From the human T2T-CHM13v2.0 reference genome, Homo sapiens: 64,000 nt of DNA. Shown one piece after another: positions 1 to 21,322 of this stretch. The stretch lies in NCBI RefSeq assembly GCF_009914755.1, contig NC_060929.1. One strand, 5' to 3'. The position numbers and the translations under genes are program-made. Numbering within the stretch: the stretch's first letter is position 1; each line of letters opens with the position of its first letter. The notes beneath the pieces were generated by a model. It saw nothing but the letters and a program-made list of their open reading frames with translations, did not search any database and was not told the origin of the DNA.

Positions 1-1984
1 AATATCTCCTGTTTTGTTTCTTACTGCAGTTATTTGGATTTTCTCTCTTCTTGGATAATCTTGCTAATGGTCTATCAATTTTATTTATCTTTTCAAAAAA
101 TTAGCTTTTGGTTTTATTTATATTTTGTATTTTTTTGTTTCAGTTTCATTTAGTGTTGCTCTGATCTTGGTTATTTTCTTTCTTCTGCTGGGTTTGGGTT
201 TGGGTTTGGTTTGTTCTTGTTTCTCTAGTTCCTTGAGGTGTGACCTTAGAATGTCAGTTTGTGCTTTTTCAGTCTTTTTGAAGTAGGCATTTAGGGCTAT
301 GAACTTTCCTCTTAGCACTGCCTTTGCTGTATCCTAGAGATTTTGATAGATTGTGTCACTATTGTCATTCAGTTCAAAGAATTTTTAAATTTCCATCTTG
401 ATTTCGCTTTTGACCCAATGCTAACTCAGGAACAGGTTATTCAATTTCCATGTATTTGCATGGTTTTGAAGATTCCTTTTGGAGTCGATTTCCAGTTTGA
501 TTCCACTATGGTCTGAGAGAGTGCTTGATATAATTTCGATTTTCTTAAATTTATTGAGATTCATTATGTGGCCCATCATATGGTCTGTCTTGGAGACAGT
601 TCCATGCACTGTTGAACAGAATGTGCATTCTGTGGTTGTTGGATGAAATGTCCTGTATATATCCGTTAAGTCTATTTGTTCCAAGGTATAGTTTAAATCC
701 ATTATTTCTTTGTTGACTTTCTGCCTTGATGACCTGTCTAGTGCTGTCAGTGGAGTACTGAAGTCCCCCACTATTATTGTTTGCTATCCATCTCATTTCT
801 TAGGTCTATTCGTAATCGTTTTATAAATTTGGGAGCTCCATTGTTAGGTGCATATATGTTTAGGATTGTGTTATTTTCCTATTGGACAAGGCCTTTTACC
901 ATTATATAATGTCCCTCTTTGTCTTTTTTAACTGCTGTTGCTTTAAAGTTTGTTTTGTCTGATATAAGAATAGCTTACCCCTGCTCACTTTTGGTGTCCA
1001 TTTTCATGAAATGCCTTTTTCTACCCCTTTACTTTATGTGAGTCCTTATGTGTTAGGTGAGCCTGCTGAAGGCAGCAGATAGTTGTTTGGTGAGTTCTTA
1101 CCCATTCAGTGGTTCTGTGTCTTTTAAGTGGAGGATTTAGGCAATTTACATTCAATGTTAGCATTGAAATGTAAGGTACCATTCCATTCATCGTGCTATT
1201 TGTTGCGTGTGTGCCTTGGTTTTTTGTTTTTGCTTTTTAAATTGTATTTTCGTATTATAAGTCCTGTGAGATTTATACTTTAAAGAAGTTTAGAGTTTCT
1301 GCTTTGATGCATTTCCAGGATTTGTTTCAACATTTAGAGCTCCTTTTGTCAGTTCTTGTAGTTGTGGCTTGGTAGTGGCGAATTCTCTCAGCATTTGTTT
1401 GTCTGAAAAAGACTATCTTTCCTTCACATATGATACTAGTTTCACTGGGTACAACATTCTTGACTGATAATTGTTTTGTTTGAGGAGGCTGAAGATAGGG
1501 CCCCAATCCCTTCTAGTTTGTAGGGCTTCTGCTAAGAAATCTGTTGTTAATCTGATAAGTTTTCCTTTATAATTAACTGGTGCTTCTGTCTCACAGCTCT
1601 TAAGATTCTTTCCTTTGTCTTACCTTTAGATAACCTGATGACAGTGTGCCTAGGCAATGATCTTTTTGTGATGAATTTCCCAGGTGTTCTTTGTGCTTCT
1701 TGTATTTGGATGTCTAGTTCTCTATCAAGGCTGGGGAAGTTTTCCTGAATTATTCCCTCAAATATGTTTTTCCAAACTTTTAGATTTATCTTCTTCCTCA
1801 GGAGCACCTATTATTCTTAGGTTTGGTTGTTTTACATAATCCCAGACTTCTGGGAAGCTTTGTTTATATTTTCTTATTCTTTTCCTTTGTTGGATTGGGT
1901 TAATTCAAAGACCTTGTCTTGGAGCTCTGAATTTCTTTCTTCTACTTGTTCAATTCTATTGCTGAGACTTTCCAGAGCATTTTC
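1..1984 (-). mobile_element. L1PB-like LINE-1, ORF2 endonuclease region and ORF1 (degenerate; continues off the left edge)
   Basis: ORF track 421..771 (GDFSTPLTALD...SDHSGIKLE, APE endonuclease), 118..318 ([17 protein letters not shown]), 1547..1807 (ORF1: IIQENFP..IQIQEAQRTP). Confidence 0.9.
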
Positions 1985-5249
<3,265 letters not shown>

Positions 5250-6013
5250 ACAAAAGCCAAAGCATTTAAAAAGTATACTTCATATACATATTTTTACATG
5301 TCTTCTTTTGAGAAATATCTATTCAGAAGATTTATCCATTTTAAAATCAGATTTTTTTTCCTGCTGTTGTCTTGTTTGAATTTCTTGTATATTCTGGATA
5401 TTAATTCTTTGTTGGATAGCTAGCAAATATTTTCTCCCATTCTATAAATTGTCTCTTTATTCTGTTGATTGTTTCCTTTGCTGTGCAGAGGCTTTTTAGT
5501 TTGATACAATCCCACTTGTTTATTTTTGCTTTTGTTGCTTGTACTTTTGAGCTCTTCTCCATAAAACCTCTACCCAGACAAATGTCCTGAAGCATTTCCC
5601 CTATGTTTTCTTCCTGGAATTTTATAGTTTCAGGTCTTATATTTAAGTCTTCAGTCCATTTTGAGTTGATTTTTGTATATGGTGAGAGAGGGATCTAGTT
5701 TCATTTTTGTATATGGATATCCAGTTTTCCTAGCACCATTTATTTAAGAGACTTTTCTTTCCCCTTTATGTCCTTGGCATCTTGTCAAAAATCAATTAGC
5801 TATAAATATGCAGATTAATTTATATTTTCTCTGTTTCATAGGTCTATGTGTCTGTTATTTTGTTTACTATAGCTTTGTAGTACATTTTGAAGTTAGATAG
5901 TGTGATGCCTCCAGCGTTGATCTTTTTGCTCAGGATTGCTTTGGCTATTTGAGGTCTTTTGTGTTCCCATGCAAATTTTAGGATTTTTTTTTCTATTTCT
6001 ATGAAGAAGGTAA

Positions 6014-6304
6014 TTTTTTTTTTTTCGAGAGAGTTGGTCTTGCTCTGTTGCCCAGGTTGGAGTACAGTGGCACAATCATATTTCACTACAGCCTTGACCT
6101 CCTAGGCTCAAATGATGCTCCCACTTAATCCTCCTGAGTAGCTGGGATTACAGGCATGCACCACACTGCCCAGGTAATTTTTGCTGTGTTGCCCAGGTCT
6201 TGCTATGTTGTCTAAGTTGGTCTCAAACTCCTGGGCTCAAGTGATCCTCCTGCCTCAGCCTCCTAAAGTGCTGGGAGTATAGACGTAAGTCACTGTACCC
6301 AGCC
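6014..6304 (-). mobile_element. AluJ, central linker region rearranged
   Basis: AluJ-type features (ctcctgggctcaagtgatcctcc; cagccttgacctcc); linker replaced by a short tgctgtgttgcccagg duplication. Confidence 0.9.
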
Positions 6305-7278
6305 TGTCATTAGTATTTTGATAGGGATTGCATTGAATCTGTAGATTGCTTTGGGTAGTATGGCCATTTTAATAATATTAATTCTTCTAATCTATGAACA
6401 TGAGATGTCTTTCAATTTTTTTTGTTCCCTTCAATTTCTTTTTATCAGTATTCTGTAGTTTTCTTTGTAGAAATCCTTCATCTCCTTGTTAAATTTATTC
6501 CTAGGTATTTTTTATGGTAGCTATTTTAAATGGGATGGACTTTTGATTTCTTTTTCAACTAGTTTGTTATTGGTGCACAGAAATGCTAGTAAATTTTGTA
6601 CCTTGATTTTATATCCTGCAACTTTACAGGTTTATCAGTTCTAAGAGTTGTTTTTGGCAGAATCTTTAGGTTTTTCTACATATAAGACCAAGAAAAAGAC
6701 TTCCTCTTTTCCAATTCGAATATTCTTTATTTCTTTCTCTTGCCTAATTGCTCTGGATAGGATTTTCAGTATCATATTGAATAACAGTGGTGAAAATGGA
6801 AAAGTGGAAAAAATATTTTTGTATTGTTCCAGTTCTTGGAGTGTTTTCAACTTTTACCCATTCAGTATAGTGTTAGCTTTGGATTTGCTGTACTGAGGTA
6901 CATTTCTTCTATAGCTAGTTTGTTGCAAGTTTTTAATCATGAAGGGATGTTGAGTTTTATTAAAACTGTCTTTTTTTTACATTCATATAGATTATCATAA
7001 GGTTTTTGTCCTTCATTCTATTGATGTGATTTATCATGTTTTTTGATTTACATATGTTTAGTTATCCTTGCTTCCCTGGATATATCCCACTTGATCATGG
7101 TGTGTAATCTTTTTAATGTTTTGTTGGATTTGGTTTGCTAATATTTTGTTGATATTTTTGTGTCTATGTTTATCATAAATATTGACCTGTAATTTTATTT
7201 TTTGTTGCCTCCTTGTCTGGTTTTGGTATCTGAGTGTTCCTGGCCTTGTAGAATGACTTTTGAAAAATTTCTTCCCCC

Positions 7279-7610
<332 letters not shown>

Positions 7611-7956
7611 TTAAAAGTTTGGTAGAATTCAGCAGTGAAGTCATCAATCCTGGGCTTTGTTTTTCTTGGGAGACGTTTTATTACTGATTCAATCACATTA
7701 CTCATGATTAGCTGTTTAGGTTTTCTCTTTTTTCCTGGTTCAATCTTGGTAAGTTGTATAGGTCCAGAATTTTTTCCATTTTTCTCTAGGTTTTTCAATT
7801 TTTTGGCATTTATTTCTGTATCAGTTTTAATGTCTCCTTTTTTTTGTATCTTATTTCATTTATTTGGGTATTCTCTCTTATATCTTTTTAGTTACTTTAG
7901 CTAATGGTTTGTTGATTTTGTTTATCTTTTTAAAAATCAATGTTTTGGGTGGAGCC

Positions 7957-7965
7957 AAGATGGCC
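7957..7965 (+). promoter_or_regulatory. YY1 site of the L1 internal promoter
   Basis: aagatggcc at the canonical L1 5' position. Confidence 0.8.
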
Positions 7966-8193
7966 AAATAGGAACAGCTCCAGTCTACAGCCCCCAGCAT
8001 GAGTGACGCAGAAGACGGGTGATTTCTGCATTTCCAACTGAGGTACCGGGTTCATTTCACTGGGGAGTGCCAGACAGTGGGTGCAGGACAGTGGGTGCAG
8101 CACACCCTGTGTGAGCTGAAGCAGGGCGAGGCATCGCCTCACCCGGGAAGCACAAGGGGTCAGAGAATTCCCTTTCCTAGTCAAAGAAAAGGG

Positions 8194-8398
8194 TTATAGA
8201 TGGCACCTGGAAAATTGGGTCACTCCCACCCTAATACTGTGCTTTTCCAATGGACTCAACAAATGGCACACCAGGAGATTATATCCCACACCTGGCTCGG
8301 AGGGTCCTATGCCCACAGAGCCTTGCTCCTTGCTAGCGCAGCAGTCTGAGATCAAACTGCAAGGCGGCAGCGAGGCTGGGGGAGGGGACGCCCACCAT
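8194..8398 (-). pseudogene. ORF0: L1 antisense ORF0 homolog, frameshifted just after the ATG
   Basis: PPPASLPPCSLISDCCAS..GPSEPGVGY in ORF track 8194..8460; ATG at 8398-8396 is out of frame by a 1-nt insertion. Confidence 0.75.
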
Positions 8399-8973
8399 TG
8401 CCCAGGCTTGAGTCGGTAAACAAAGTGGTCGGGAAGCTTGAACTGGGTGGAGCCCACCACAGCTCAAGAAGGCCTGCCTGCCTCTGTAGGCTCCACCTCT
8501 GGGGGCAGGGCACAGACAAACAAAAGACAGCAGTAACCTCTGCAGACTTAAATGTTTCTGTCTGAAAGCTTTGAAGGGAATAGTGGTTCTCCCAGCACGC
8601 AGCTTGAGATCTGAGAACGGGCAGACTACATCCTCAAGTGGGTCCCTAACCCCTGAGTAGCCTAACTGGGAGGCACCCCCGACTAGGGGCGGACTGACAC
8701 CTCACATGGCTGGGTACTCCTCTGAGACAAAACTTCCAGAGGAATGATCAGGCAGCAGCATTTGTGATTCACCAATATCTGCTGTTCTGCAGCCACCGCT
8801 GCTGATATCCAGGCAAACAGGGTCTGGAGTGGACCTCCAGCAAACTCCAACAGACCTGCAACTGAGGGTACTGACTGTTAGAAGGAAAACTAACAAACAG
8901 AAAGGACATCTACACCAAAAACCCATCTGTACGTCACCATCATCAAAGACCAAAGGTAGATAAAACCACAAAG

Positions 8974-9981
8974 ATGGGGAAAAAAGAGAGCAGAAAAACT
9001 GGAAACTAAAAATCAGAGCGCCTCTCCTCCTCCAAAGGAACCCAGCTCCTCACCAGCAATGGAACAAAGCTGGATGGAGAATGACTTTGACAAGATGAGA
9101 GAAGAAGTCTTCAGAAGATCAAACTACTATGAGCTAAAGGAGGAAGTTCGAACCAATGGCAAGACGTTAAAAATCTTGAAAAAAAATTAGATGAATGGAT
9201 AACTAGAATAACCAAGCAGAGTCCTTAAAGGACCTGATGGAGCCGAAAACCACAGCACGAGAACTACGTGATGAATGCACAAGCCTCAGTAGCTGATGCA
9301 ATCAACTGGAAGAAAGGGTATCAGCGATGGAAGACAAAATGAATGAAATGAAGCGAGAAGAGAAGTTTAGAGAAAAAAGAATAAAAAGAAATGAACAAAG
9401 CCTCTAAGAAATATGGGACTATGTGAAAAGACCAAATCTACGTCTGACTGGTGTACCTGAAAGTGACGGGGAGAATGGAACCAAGTTGGAAAACAGTCTG
9501 CAGGATATTATCTGGGAGAACTTCCCCAATCTAGCAAGGCAGGCCAACATTCAAATTCAGGAAATACGGAGAATGCCACAAAGATATTCCTCGAGAAGAG
9601 CAACTCCAAGACACATAATTGTCAGATTCACCAAAGTGGAAATGAAGGAAAAAATGTTAAGGGCAGCCAGAGAGAAAGGTCAGGTTACCCACAAAGGGAA
9701 GCCCATCGGACTAACAGCTGATCTCTCAGCAGAAACTCTACAAGCCAGGAGAGTGTGGGCTAATATTCAACATTCTTAAAGAAAAGAATTTTCAACCCAG
9801 AATTTCGTATGTAGCCAAATTAAGCTTCATAAGTGAAGGAGAAATAAAATACTTTACAGACAAGCAAATGCTGAGAGATTTTGTCACCACCAGGCCTGCC
9901 CTAAAAGAGCTCCTGAAGGAAGCACTAAACATGGAAAGGAACAACTGGTACCAGCCACTGCAAAAACATGCCAAATTGTAA
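8974..9981 (+). pseudogene. L1 ORF1p, disrupted
   Basis: atggggaaa start, KRPNLRLTGVPE..ENFPNLARQ; stops and frameshifts. Confidence 0.9.
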
Positions 9982-10044
9982 AGACCATCGAGGCTAGGAA
10001 GAAACTGCATCAACTAATGAGCAAAATAACCAGCTAACATCATA

Positions 10045-13862
<3,818 letters not shown>

Positions 13863-14099
13863 ACAATGAGAACACATGGACACAGGAAGGGGAACATCAC
13901 ACACCGGGGACTGTTGTGGGGTCGGGGGAGGGGGGAGGGATAGCATTAGGTGATATACCTAATGCTAAATGACGAGTTAATGGGTGCAGCACACCAACAT
14001 GGCACATGTATGCATATGTAACAAACCTGCATGTTGTGCACATATACCCTAAAACTTAAAGTATAATCATAATAAAATTAAAAAAGAAATCAATGTTTT

Positions 14100-17000
14100 C
14101 TTGATCTTTTGTATGTTTTAGACTGTACTTTGTTAATTTCTGCTCTGATCTTTGTTATTTCTTTCCTTCTGCTAATTTGGGTTTGTCTTGCCTTTCTACT
14201 TCCTTCAGTTGCATCATTAGGTTTATTTAAAGTCTTTCTACTGTTTTGGGATAGGTGTTTATTGCTATAAAATATCCTTTTAGAACTGATTTTGCTCTAT
14301 CCCATAGGTGTTGCTATGGTTGTGTTTCCAGTTTCATTTGTCTCAAGAAATTTTAAAATTTTCTTCTTGATTTCTTCACTGACCCATTGGTCATTCAGGA
14401 GCATATTGTTTAATTTACATGTATTTGTACAATTTCCAAAGATTCTCTTTTTTATTGATGTCTAGTTTAATTTCATTGTGGTTGAAAAGATATTTTATGT
14501 AATTTTGAATTTTTTAAAAGTAAAGGAATTAAAAAGGGTGGCTACTCCTTAGGCAGAGCAGCCTAATTTTGATTTTTAAAATTTGTTGAGACCTGTTTTA
14601 TGCCCTAACATATGGCCTATCCTGGAGAATGTTCTGTGTGCTGACGAGAAGAATGGTATTCTGCAGTTGTTTGATGAAATGTCCTGTAAATGTTTGTTAG
14701 GTCCTTTCGATCTATAATGCAGTTTAAATCTGATGTTTCTTTGTAGATTTTCTGGATAGAAACAAACTTCTAGTGCTGAGGGTGGAGTGTTGACGTCCCT
14801 AACTATTATTAAATTGAAGTCTATCTCTCCCTTTAGATTTAATAATATTTGCTTTCTATAGCTGGATGCTCTGGAGCTGGGTGCACATATGTTTATAGTC
14901 ATTATATTCTCTTGTCAAAGTGATCCTTTTATCATTATGTAATACCTTCGTTGTCTCTTTTTATAATTTTTGAATTAATGTCTATTTTATCTGATGTAAG
15001 TATAGCTACTCTTGTTTGTTTATGCTTTCCATTTGCATGAAATATCTTTTCCCATTCCTTCACTTTTAGTCTACTCTGTCTTTATAAATGCAGAGTTTCT
15101 TGTAGGCAGCACGTAATCAGGTTTTGTTTTTATAATTCATTCAAGCAATCTATATCTTTTAATTGGAGACTTAAGCTGCTTATACTCAAGGTTATTATTG
15201 ATATGTTAGGACTTACTACTGTCAGTTTGTTAATTGTCTTTTAGTTGTTTTATATATCCTTTGTTCCTTTCTTTCTCTCTTATTATTTATCTTTGTGGTT
15301 TAATGATTTTTTATAGGGATAAGATTTGATTTCTTTCTGTTTCTAATTTGTGGACCTGCTCTACTTGTGAGTTTTATACTTTTGTGTGTTTCGTGATGGC
15401 AGATATTGTCTTTTTATTTCCAGATACAGGACTAACTTTAGCATTTCTCGTAAGGCCATTCTAGTGGTGATAGATTTTCTGTTTTTGCCTGTTTAGGAAA
15501 GGCTTTATTTTTATTTTATTTCTGAAAGATAGCTTTGCTGAGTTTAGTATTCTTGGGTGGCAATTGTTTTTCTTTCAGCACTTTGAAAATATTATTCCAT
15601 TCTCTATTGGCCTGTAAGATTTCTGCTGATAAATTTGTTGTTAGTCTAAGGGGGGTTTCCTAATATTTGATTTGACACTTTTTCTCTTGCTGTTTTTAGA
15701 ATTTTCTGTCTTTGATTTTTGACATTTGGACCATATTGTGCCTTGAGGAAGAACTGTTTAGGTTGGATCTGTTTGGGGCCTTTTGAGCTTCCTGGATCTG
15801 AATGTGTATATCTCTACCACAACTTTAAAAACGTCCAGCTATTATTTCATTAAATCGGTTTTCTATGCCCCTTTTTTGTCTCTTCTCCTTCTGGTATTTT
15901 CATAATGTGAAAATTTCTTCCCTTACTGGTGTCCCATAAATCCCATTGGCTGTCTTCTTTCTTTTATATTTGATCTGATTGGGTTATTTCAAAATGCCTG
16001 TCTTGAAGTTCAGAATTTTTTCCTTCTGCTTGATTTAGTCTGTTGGTGAAGCTTTTGATTGCATTTTTAGTTTCCATTTAGTTTTTTTATGTTTATCTCT
16101 GTTAAATTCCTCATTTAGATCATAAATTGTTTTTTGACTTTGTCGAAACGTCCATCTGCATTCTCTTGTATCTCTTGTATCTCGCTGAGTTTCTTTAACA
16201 TTATTATTTTGAATTCCTTTCTAGGCATTTCATAGATTTCCCTTTTTTTTTTGAGATCTGTTATTGGAAACTCATTGTGTTCATTTAGAGGTATCATGTT
16301 TTCTTGCTTTTTCTTGATTCTCTCGTCACTGCATTGATATTTGCATGTCTTGGGGAACAGTTGTCTCTCTTCCTGTTTTATGGAGTAACTTTTGTAGGGA
16401 AATATTAATTTCTGTAGATGTGTCCTATAGTGCTGATTGAATAGAGTCCTTTGGCTTTGGTTTTGGGTGTGCATAGTAGTGTCTTTTTGTGATTTCTTTG
16501 GCTGTAACCAATGTCAGTGATGTCTATGAATGACTTATTGGCCTAGACTTGGGTGTTTGTGAAGGCAGTGGTATGGCTTTGCTGCAGGCAGGGGCCTCCA
16601 AGTGGACTAGTTCTCAGGCCTTGAGAGGGGACACACACTGGGCATAGCAGCATTACTGGCAGTGATGGGCACCAGGTGGGCCAGTACTTGGGCTATGGGA
16701 GTTGTGTGTGATGTATGGCATCTCCAACAATGAAGTAGGTGGGATTGCTGGTGGTGGTGGTACCCAGGTGGGCTGGTCCTTGAGGCCTGGGGATGGGGAA
16801 TGTATGTGATGGCTTTGACGCTTGAGGATGTAGTGTTCCTGGTGGCAGTGGGTTCTGGGCATGCCAGTCCTTGGGCCCTTAGTGGCGGGTATGTTGATTT
16901 TTTCAGTTTTAGGGATGGCCTCACCACTCTGCTAGACCACCTCTTTCTTGGGGTGCAGGACACTACATGAGCTCAAGTGCTGGGGTCACAGTTGTACCCC

Positions 17001-17515
17001 TTGGTACAGGTTTATGTTGGGGTTGTGGCATTGCAGCCCTTTGTATGGGTGTAGTGGAATAATGATGCGGTCTCAGAAGTGTGAGGCTATATTGGCCCCC
17101 AGGAAGGATGCGCTTTAGCAGTGGCTCTACTCTCAAAATAGCACTATGCCGTAACAGTTTGGGTCCTGGGGAGTGGGATAGACCCAGTGTGAGTTCTTTC
17201 TCTGGCACAATTCTGCTGCATGGATTCTGGGCATCTCCCTTTACTGGGCTTAGGACCCATGAGGACTGTTTGGCTCTTCTGCAACTAAGACTGCAGGTGT
17301 CTGTGGTAGTAATGGGGATTGCTGGGGACCTCCCACTTACCTTTGCAGCCATTCTGAGTTTCCATGCCTTAGGGGGTTTATATGACTTCCTTGATGCACT
17401 CCGTTATTCTCTATTATACACTCCACTTGAAGTGTAATTATTTGTTTATTGTTTTGACCCCTCTCTGCAGAAGAAATGAGCATTGGGCACTTGTAGTCAG
17501 CTATCTTGATGATGT
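14100..17515 (-). mobile_element. Old L1 (L1MA-like) continuation: ORF2 endonuclease, ORF1 and GC-richer 5'UTR
   Basis: Resumes after the L1PA4 TSD; FFSSAHRTFSRIGHMLGHK; KEFKIIMLKKLSEIQE; 5' end near tcagctatcttg. Confidence 0.8.
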
Positions 17516-17844
17516 CTAGCTTATTTTCTGCTTTCTTGTTTTATTATTTTCTGTGTCTGATGGAATATATATAATTTTTTTTCCTGGTGTTTTGAATACT
17601 TATATTCTATTCATGATTATTTTAAATGTTTTTGAGAGCTATGTTTTTATGTAGCTATTTAATTTTCAGTTGATAGAAAAATTGTATTAACTTTAAAATA
17701 TTTAGTACGCTTTTAGTAAACTTCTGATTTCCTACAGAATACATATACTCTGATATACTCAGTTTAGATTGATAGTGTTTACTATCAGTCTTTTCACATC
17801 AATCCTCTATTTCTGAGATCTTCTTTTTTATTTCCTTGCTCTTT

Positions 17845-17930
17845 GGGGTTATACTTTGACTTCTTTTTCTTTTGGGGATATACTTTTACTTCTTTTTCTT
17901 TTTGCCTGCTTCATATGGGGGTATACTTTT
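17845..17930. repeat. 29-bp tandem duplication plus partial third copy
   Basis: gggg(t/a)tatacttt(g/t)acttctttttctttt twice, then gggggtatactttt. Confidence 0.8.
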
Positions 17931-17955
17931 AAATAACTTTAAAAAAGTGAATATA

Positions 17956-18239
17956 GGCCAGGTACAGTGGCTCATCCTGTAATCCCAGCACTTTGGGAGG
18001 CTGAGGTGGGAGGATTGCTTGAAGCCAGGAGGTCAAGACAAACCTGGACAACATGGCAAAACTTCATCTCTCCAAGAAATAAAAAAAAATTAGCTGGGCA
18101 TTTTGGCATGTGTCTGTAGTCCCAGTTACTCAGGAGGCTGAGGTGGAAGGATCGATCGAGCCCAGGAGGTTGGGGCTGCAGTCAGCCATGCTGGAACCAC
18201 TGCACTTCAGCCGGGGTAATAGAGAAAGACCCTATCTCA
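17956..18239 (+). mobile_element. AluJ
   Basis: ggaggattgcttgaagccagga; TSD aaaaaagtgaata at 17941-17953 and 18240-18252. Confidence 0.93.
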
Positions 18240-19253
18240 AAAAAAGTGAATACGAATAGTATGTTTCTCTTAGCCCTTGCTTATCTAATACAAACTGGCT
18301 GAGTATATGATTCTTGGGTTATAACTCATTTTAGAGCAAAAATATGAGACTTGCCTGATTGTTGTTTCTTCACAGAAATCCCCTTTTTTTCTTTAAAAAA
18401 TCTCTGCATGTATGTAGCATTCCTCTTGTTACAAATCACATAATTTTTGAAAAGGTAGTGCTATTTTTTTATATGAGGGTGGCTTTTAATTGAATTGATC
18501 TGGAAATCAGTGGACCCTTTCAATTTGTATATGAATAAGTCTTTTCTATCTGAGTACATTTAATTTATACTATATCTTTGGTTAATGTTTTTTCTTTTGG
18601 TTTTGATGACATTTTTAGAAATGCTAAGTATCTTCATATTAGCTTTTGTTTTTTTTTCCAATTTTTTTCATGGTTTTCTCTTTTTCCTTTTCCTTTGCAG
18701 TCTGGGAGAATGTCCCACATTACAGTTGTGATTTTATGCTTTATCAGTTTTGCTTATTTACTGCTTCTTTTGTGTATTTTGATTTCACAATTACAGCTAT
18801 AGTGTTTTTTAATATTAAAAATACTACCTTTTATTTTATCCTTTTATCTCATTGAGTCATAATATTTGTTATATTTTCATTTTAGCTATTTGTCCTAATG
18901 GCTTCCTGCTCATTTCATGGATACTAATTTTTTTTTCTTTTGCTCTCTGTTGAGAATACCAAACAGTTTTCTGAAATTTTCTTCTGTATCTTGCAGTAGA
19001 TTATTTCTGGGATCTTTTGGATAATCTTTATTTTTCTTTGTTCTGCATGTTTTCATCTGAAGTTCATGCTAGTTATCTTTCAAAATTTTCAATTATATAA
19101 AAACCTTGAGTTTGTTGATATTTGAAGGTCTGACTTCCCTTGGTTTTCACTCAAGGGTATTTACATGATGATTGGTCAGCTTTACAGTTAGATGGCAATG
19201 TAATATGAATAACTCACCATATAATTTCCAGTTTCTTAAACACTTATCTATGG

Positions 19254-19460
19254 CAATGGTTCTCAACTGGGAGCATTTTTCCCCCAAGGGACATTAGATA
19301 ACATCTGGAGACATTTTTGATTGTTATGACTTGGGGAGGGGTATGTTTGCTACTGGTATCTAGTGAATCAAGGCCTGGGAGAGTGTTAAACACTACAATG
19401 CATGGGACACACACTCAACAAGAAAATTCTGTGGCCCAAAGTGCTGAAATTGAGAAACTG
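19254..19460. mobile_element. MER20 (hAT-Charlie MITE)
   Basis: caatggttctcaactggg...tctggagacatttttgattg...tgctactggtatctagtg...ttgagaaactg. Confidence 0.8.
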
Positions 19461-19675
19461 ATCTATAACATTCCAGTTTGCTAACATAGCATTTTATCCT
19501 AGTTCATCTACATTCTTTATAATACTCTGAATCAATGAAAAAACATGTAAAATCCAATTTTTAGCATATAGTACTACCAGAAATTATTTTTTTTCTTTCC
19601 CAGGTTGAATTGCTTTATATATAAACTGATTATATATAAAGACATGTTCCAGGATGCAATTTGCCATTTCCAGCC

Positions 19676-20114
19676 TGTCTTAGTTCATTTAGTGTTGCTA
19701 TAACAGAATACCTGAGACTGGGTAGTTTGTAAAGAAAAGAGGTTTATTTAGCTCATGATTCTGGTGGCTGTAAAGTTCAAGATTGGGCAGCTGAATCTGA
19801 TGAGGGCCTTGGGCTGCTTTAGTTCATGGCAGAAAACAGAAGGGAAGCCAATGTGTGCAAAGAGATCACATGATGAGAGAGGAAGCAAGAGAGAGAAACT
19901 GAGGAAGACAGACTCTAACAACCCACTATCTCAGGAAGTAATTCATTCCTGTGAGAGCAGGAACTCACTCCCGCAGGAGGGAAATACCTATTCATCAGGG
20001 ATCCTTCCTCATGAACCAAACACCTCCCACTAGTTTCTGCCTCCCAACACTGCTACATTGGGGATCAAATTTTCACATGCATTTTGGTGGGGCCAAACTA
20101 TCCAAACCATAGCA
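19676..20114 (-). mobile_element. MaLR solo LTR (MSTB-like)
   Basis: tgtcttagttcattt..gttgctataacagaatacctgagactggg ... ccaaaccatagca termini. Confidence 0.85.
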
Positions 20115-21322
20115 AGGCACTCCTTCTTCATGCTCAGAGTTACTGTATTACAAAGGACTTAGAATTAAGACATTAGGGTTAGCTATATGAGAATGGATGG
20201 ATAATGGAATAACTTGTTCATTTATCCAGTTAGCAGGAATTGGTTTCTGTATACCATGTGCCAAGCCCTGTGTTCTGATCCCCTCAGTAAGCAACATCCA
20301 TGCTCTAAAAATAGAGCAGTTTTTTGGTTTCTTGGGTTTGAGTTAGTGCAGACAGTGGGTTCCATGAGATGAAACCTGGATATCTTGAGCTAAGCCTTTA
20401 AGTTTTGCTATAGGAACACCAGCTGCTTCACAATTAACAAACATTTCTACTAGGTTGTCTTTTTTTTTTTCCTTTTTCATTATGTGTTTTTGTGTGTTTA
20501 TCTCTGTCTTCTGGTTATTTTAGTGGAAAGTTGACAAAGGCTGCTTTAGGGCTAATAAGCAGATACACCTTAGAGTTCTGCTAGATTTTTAATAAGTACA
20601 TAGTATATCTCCGCTTCCAAACTTTTAGCTCCTTGAGAGAAGGCCCTGCATTGTATTTGTCTTTGAACTTCTCTTGAAATCCCGTACATGATGATGTTTA
20701 GCAATGACTTGTTAAATGATTAGATTTTATCTGCATTCATAACCTAAATATGAGAGACAATTTAACACATGTATCTTTGGAATTTACAGCATGGCTGGAG
20801 TAAGGGTTAGTGAACTGGCTTTAGAGGTGGGGTTTGTAAAGAAACTAGGCAATGTTGCCTGAGATCTAATATGGACATTTTGAAAGTGTCTTTGCAGAAC
20901 ACTTTAAGCTGTTTGCTCTAGTATCATTTACAGAAAAGCCTGTATGAGGGCCAACAGCAGCGGCAGTTATAGCTGCTTCCTTTTTGGATTTTACTGGATA
21001 GAAATACATTAACTCCAGGACCATTTGGCCAATAAGAACAAGCCAAAGCAGACACCAGGAATAGAGCATTTTTGATAGCCACAGAGTAACTGTTCTCTTT
21101 ATCTCTTAGCTGTTTCTGGGACTCCCTCTTTTTTTGGGTAAGTCCTGTAGCAGTTACACCAATGATATGGACATCTGGAGCACCTCAGGGATGCCGTTAT
21201 ATTGACATTATGTAATGTAATAGCTAGACAATCTTTTGGGCATGCCTGTGAAGTACCTGGTCACGCGAGTGGAGAAAAGATAGTGGTGGGATGGAGGAGC
21301 AGATAGACATCTCTGATTCAAG

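Larger units (their letters stand above)
17520..19060 (-). mobile_element. Highly decayed L1M relic
   Basis: T-rich, scattered L1 ORF1-region-like words (ctggctgagtatatgattcttgg). Confidence 0.4.

Noticed and set aside
19797-19804. CTGATGAG hammerhead-like core
   Set aside because: Lies inside an MSTB LTR; no matching stems and GAAA arrangement seen
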